12,895 bases of DNA from assembly GCA_965233585.1 (NCBI GenBank), contig CBDDTI010000445.1, positions 1 through 12,895 of the forward strand, written 5' to 3'. Made by a program: the position numbers and the translations under genes. The first letter of the stretch is position 1, and each line of letters begins with the position of its first letter. The notes under the pieces are model-generated. The model saw nothing but the letters and a program-made list of their open reading frames with translations. It searched no databases and had not been told where the DNA came from. This DNA is from a bacterium (lineage in GTDB: Bacteria; SAR324; NAC60-12). Positions 8,980 through 12,895 of this stretch are shown one piece after another.

Positions 8980-9916
8980 GGTAGCACCTTTATACAAAAA
9001 TTGTGGCGATGTTCATGAAAAATTCCATTTTCTTGCAAATACAAGATTTAAGACCCTTGAACACTTGTTGAAAACATTTTGAAACAACCTTGCCGAATTT
9101 ACCTCTACGTGAGCGTGAAATTTAAGGAAAGTACACAGTGGTATAAGATTTTTTACGAAGCAACGGCCATAGCAACGGCTGTCTACAATAAGAACATGAC
9201 CAAAAATACAGATTACTTTAAACATATATTAACGATACTTTGCAAAAACGCTGTTAGGAGATGCACAACTCGATTGGTATAATTACTTGGGAAAATCTTT
9301 GCCTGATTTACTATCATATTCTCATTTCTTTCCCTTCTAAAAAGGAGCATTTCCTACAATTGCCGAAACGTTTCACAAAATAGAACAACCGTTGCATCCC
9401 CTGCCCGGAGATCCAATCTGAACTCCCTCCTCCAATGTTTGGCTTCCTAAATGCTTAATCCATCATGTAACAAAACTTTAAGCGCATTTTTCTCAAAGGT
9501 CTACCTTTGAACCAGCTGACTTTACGCAAACATTTCTACTTTGGGGAGTATTAAAGATAAATAGACAATTTGTTCACTGGATTTGGTTTAAAAAACGGTT
9601 ATATCTAAATAAAGCCTATAAAGAGCACTGAAAACAAGAACTAACTGTCAAAACTTAAGTTTATTGAATAGAACAAAACAGAAACTTACAAGATATGCTT
9701 GTTTGAAAATCAAATGTTGTTTTGTAAAAGAGCAGGGATTTTGGCATCAGTGCTATCAAATAAAACCTCCAAAGGCTGTGCCTGGTTGCAATAGCAACCG
9801 TTTTGAGTAAAACCCTCAAAATTTATTTTCTCTTCATGAGTGCAACAGCACACGATTGATCTTATTTCACCAAATTTAAACAAACTTTTTGGTCCATTTT
9901 AGGGTAAGGTGCCTCC
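8980..9916. mobile_element. Kolobok-type MITE A (~940 bp)
   Basis: TTAA (8976-8979) then GGTAGCACCTT; right end AAGGTGCCTCC (9906-9916) then TTGA. TIR match 9/11. Confidence 0.72.
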
Positions 9917-9920
9917 TTGA

Positions 9921-10537
9921 GGAGGCTCGAAATGGGTTTTTCGCTGCACGCGCACGCGCAATCTACACCAAGATGCACACGTCAGCTGAATGAATCAAAA
10001 TAAGCTCACCGGAAGTTAAATGCTGCGTAAAATCGCGCGAACCGGAAATAAAATCTGCAGAAAACATTTGCTTTTAGCTCGAAATTTAGGTCGGTGACCT
10101 ATCTTGATTTTTTGCATGCACGTACCATTTACGATGGCACTTCAAATATAAACGTTTAGGGAAAAATTTTCTAGTAGAATTTTCTTTAAGCCATAAGACG
10201 CGTTTTCTTTAGATATATTTAATTCTACTCGATAACGTTTTTCCTCACCGTCTGAAAAGTTAAATAATTTAGGGAACTTTCCAACAAATAAATAAAAATG
10301 GTAGGTCACCTAACTACTTTTTCAGATAATTTACAAAAACTGAAATTTAAAGGACACCTTTGTGCACCTTGTGCGTTGCCATGGTAACTGATATGACGTC
10401 ACAAGTACCCTTAAAGTATAGCCCAACAATAGAGCTGCAAGGAGACATATAGTTTGTCCATACCATTAAATATCCTTCTTTGTAATCTTTCATCGTTTGA
10501 CAAACACTACAGCAACGAAAAACCTTTTCGAGCCTCC
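9921..10537. mobile_element. Kolobok-type MITE B (~620 bp)
   Basis: TTGA (9917-9920) then GGAGGCTCGAAATGGGTTTTT; right end AAAAACCTTTTCGAGCCTCC then TTAA (10538-10541). The 12 terminal bp are perfectly inverted. Confidence 0.88.
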
Positions 10538-10612
10538 TTAAGCGATTTATCCCTTTTTGAGTAAAAAGTAAAAGCTATATACTCGATTCCGAAGTGACTA
10601 CTGCTCGAAACG

Positions 10613-10643
<31 letters not shown>

Positions 10644-10660
10644 AGAGACTTAAAGCATAC

Positions 10661-10689
10661 CAGCCGCCCAAAATCCTCCACAGAATCAT
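10661..10689 (-). other. Candidate exon end with ATG (MILWRILGG..) and donor site
   Basis: Minus strand ACC-ATG at 10689, then CTG|GTATGC donor after 10661. Upstream sequence is CpG-rich and not obviously repetitive. The exon 5' boundary is unknown. Confidence 0.3.
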
Positions 10690-10879
10690 GGTACAGGGTT
10701 AAGCGCTCCGTTCCAGTTAATTCCAGAGCAAATTCACTTCCACAGCGCACGCTACAAAGCACCGGATTTTCAGTATATACGAATATTGACGACAGATCAT
10801 AAGTTGCGTGATTCCACATTTGGGCGAGTGAGAGCTTGAGTCTGGTCACCAAAATACGTCAGTAAGTGGTGTCACATCG

Positions 10880-10933
10880 TCTCAGATTACAATCTTTGCA
10901 TAGCGTGGGTTAAGCGTGATTTGTAATCGGAGA
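10880..10933. other. 54-nt imperfect hairpin
   Basis: TCTCAGATTACAATC pairs with GATTTGTAATCGGAGA (1 mismatch, 1 bulge) and pairing continues inward to a GTGG loop. Confidence 0.55.
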
Positions 10934-11508
10934 GTTTTGTTTACCTCGAAAAAAAAATTACCCGAGAAGGTTCATCGACTTTTCAAACGAATATATACTT
11001 ACATATGTTCCGAGGTGTAGCGCAGTCCACATTCTAAAGCAGTCCTTGATGGTTCCTTGATTACTGTAGACAACACATCACTTCATCAACACAAACTATA
11101 TTATCGCGATCGCACTTACATTGTATTTGTCACATACCGAAAGTGAACAGTACAAATTGCGTGACTCAAAGTCCCGATAAGGACTTGGCCCAGCGTTGTG
11201 TGATTCAATGTCTGGCCGAGCGGAAGTTTGGTTTAGGTCACCAACAAAACAATGACACCTCAGGATAACCAAAGAAAAGCCCGCGATTAACATATGTGGT
11301 TTAAACGTCAAGAGCCCAATATACTAGTCAATATTATTACTTTGAAAAGAAATCCGTTCTCTCCTTTTAGGGATTGTAAAAAGTTTTACCAGGCTTTATG
11401 ACGCCTTAAGGATAAGTAGTTCATACTTAAGTAATTAATCGCTACTTAAATGTAAAAACCGCCTATAACCCCTTAGAGAAACGTCCATATAACACGTTAA
11501 AAGTAAAA

Positions 11509-11547
<39 letters not shown>

Positions 11548-12487
11548 CAACAAATAAATATTAAATAAGAAAAATAAAAATAAAATAATGTATGCTCCGA
11601 GGTTTTCAAACATAGCTTTAAAATTCGAAAGTACGATGAGGCTTCTGAGGTAGTTTCCTTTTGTAAAACATGGTAAAACAGCGGATTATTTTAATACCTC
11701 TGGCAGGCACCTTATTTCAAAATTGTTGAATTAAAACTGTTTTTTTTTTTTTTTAATTTGTTTTTTTTACTTTGTTGATTCGGTTGCATAGCATCAATTA
11801 CTGACATCAAAAGAGACGCGATTAAACATTAAAAATGAATTTTACAGTGGGAAGCTTCAAGAAAGGCTTCGTGTGATGACAAAAAAGTGAATTTGTCTTG
11901 CTTATCTATGTCCCGTCGGTTTCATCAGATGATTAAATATGGCTAGCATATTATTGATTTTAAGGTTACTGTTCCCCTGGACTTTTTCAGTTAAAGGATT
12001 TGCAATGGCTCAAGATGGTAAGATTAATACCTTTTCAAGATTGTTTTAGTTTCTTCACAAGGTAGTAATATGGGCGATATTTTAAAATAGATTATCGAAA
12101 AGTTACAATTTTCAAGGTTTTGGGCGAGGAAAGCAATGATCATGCCAGGATTCAAATGAATTATTGCAGTCTTATCATGCGAGAGTATTGTTATCAGGTC
12201 TGACATTTGATCGGTGCCTAGACATTCGAGCTTACTAATTGTACTTTAAATCTCAAAAAATATTATATATAAAAAACTTTGAATGAGACTTAGATGTTGG
12301 AAGGGGATTAGATGACACGTGTTCAATACTAAAAAGTACAGATTCAACTTCCGATACCTTGTGGCAAAACACGCCTTCAATCAAGTTTTACACTGTTGTT
12401 CTTTATTGAATATAACTTGTTATTACAGGTATACGGTTTTTTTTTTTTCAAACTTTTGACAAGGAAGAAATATCTGAAAATCGACTT

Positions 12488-12582
<95 letters not shown>

Positions 12583-12830
12583 ACGATGTGCCCAAGTTTA
12601 TCCTACGAAGAGTGCTCTACACCCACAAGTGGGGGAGCATTACAATAGTTCAATGAATGGGACTATTCGTTTGACATTTGCCTACAGGCCTGTTTCGTGG
12701 AGGCTTTAGGCTTCCACTCTTCAGGGCTTTTTATTAAACTGTGTGTTGCCTGCAGTATTTATAAAAGATCATCTTTCCACATACATGCGTACAAAAATTC
12801 ACGAGGTCATTAGTGTAAGTGTCCACAAAC

Positions 12831-12881
12831 TCGCTATCATAAGCGTTCACAAGATCGCTATCATAAGCATTTACAAAATCG
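12831..12881. repeat. 24-bp tandem duplication
   Basis: TCGCTATCATAAGCGTTCACAAGA and TCGCTATCATAAGCATTTACAAAA, with a third TCG start at 12879. Confidence 0.8.
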
Positions 12882-12895
12882 TTCGTGCGTGGCGT

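Noticed and set aside
11702..11725. GGCAGGCACCTTATTTCAAAATTG resembling the Kolobok A terminus
   Set aside because: No adjacent TTAA and no partner end.

Overview
AT-rich eukaryotic genomic DNA, mostly transposon-derived. The repeat repertoire suggests a cnidarian, probably a stony coral (inferred from recall of similar repeats, not verified). There is no intact long gene. The only recognisable protein is a 5'-truncated Penelope-like (PLE) GIY-YIG endonuclease fragment on the minus strand, whose 3' tail carries a minimal hammerhead ribozyme. That PLE is flanked by a 6-bp TSD and splits what reconstructs as a 33-nt minus-strand microexon with good splice sites; one exon frame runs into the GIY-YIG domain. 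The rest is nested non-autonomous elements. These are a 3.7-kb TIR element with a 6-bp TSD and co-oriented CGAGAC subterminal arrays (containing a Helentron-type element, a Kolobok MITE, a first-exon-like segment and a minizyme-like hammerhead motif), two Kolobok MITEs sharing one target site, two tiny AcademH-like MITEs with 9-bp TSDs, and a long-TIR element inside a LINE 3' tail. There is also a ~120-bp tandem array and several microsatellites. All calls were made by eye and family assignments need database confirmation.
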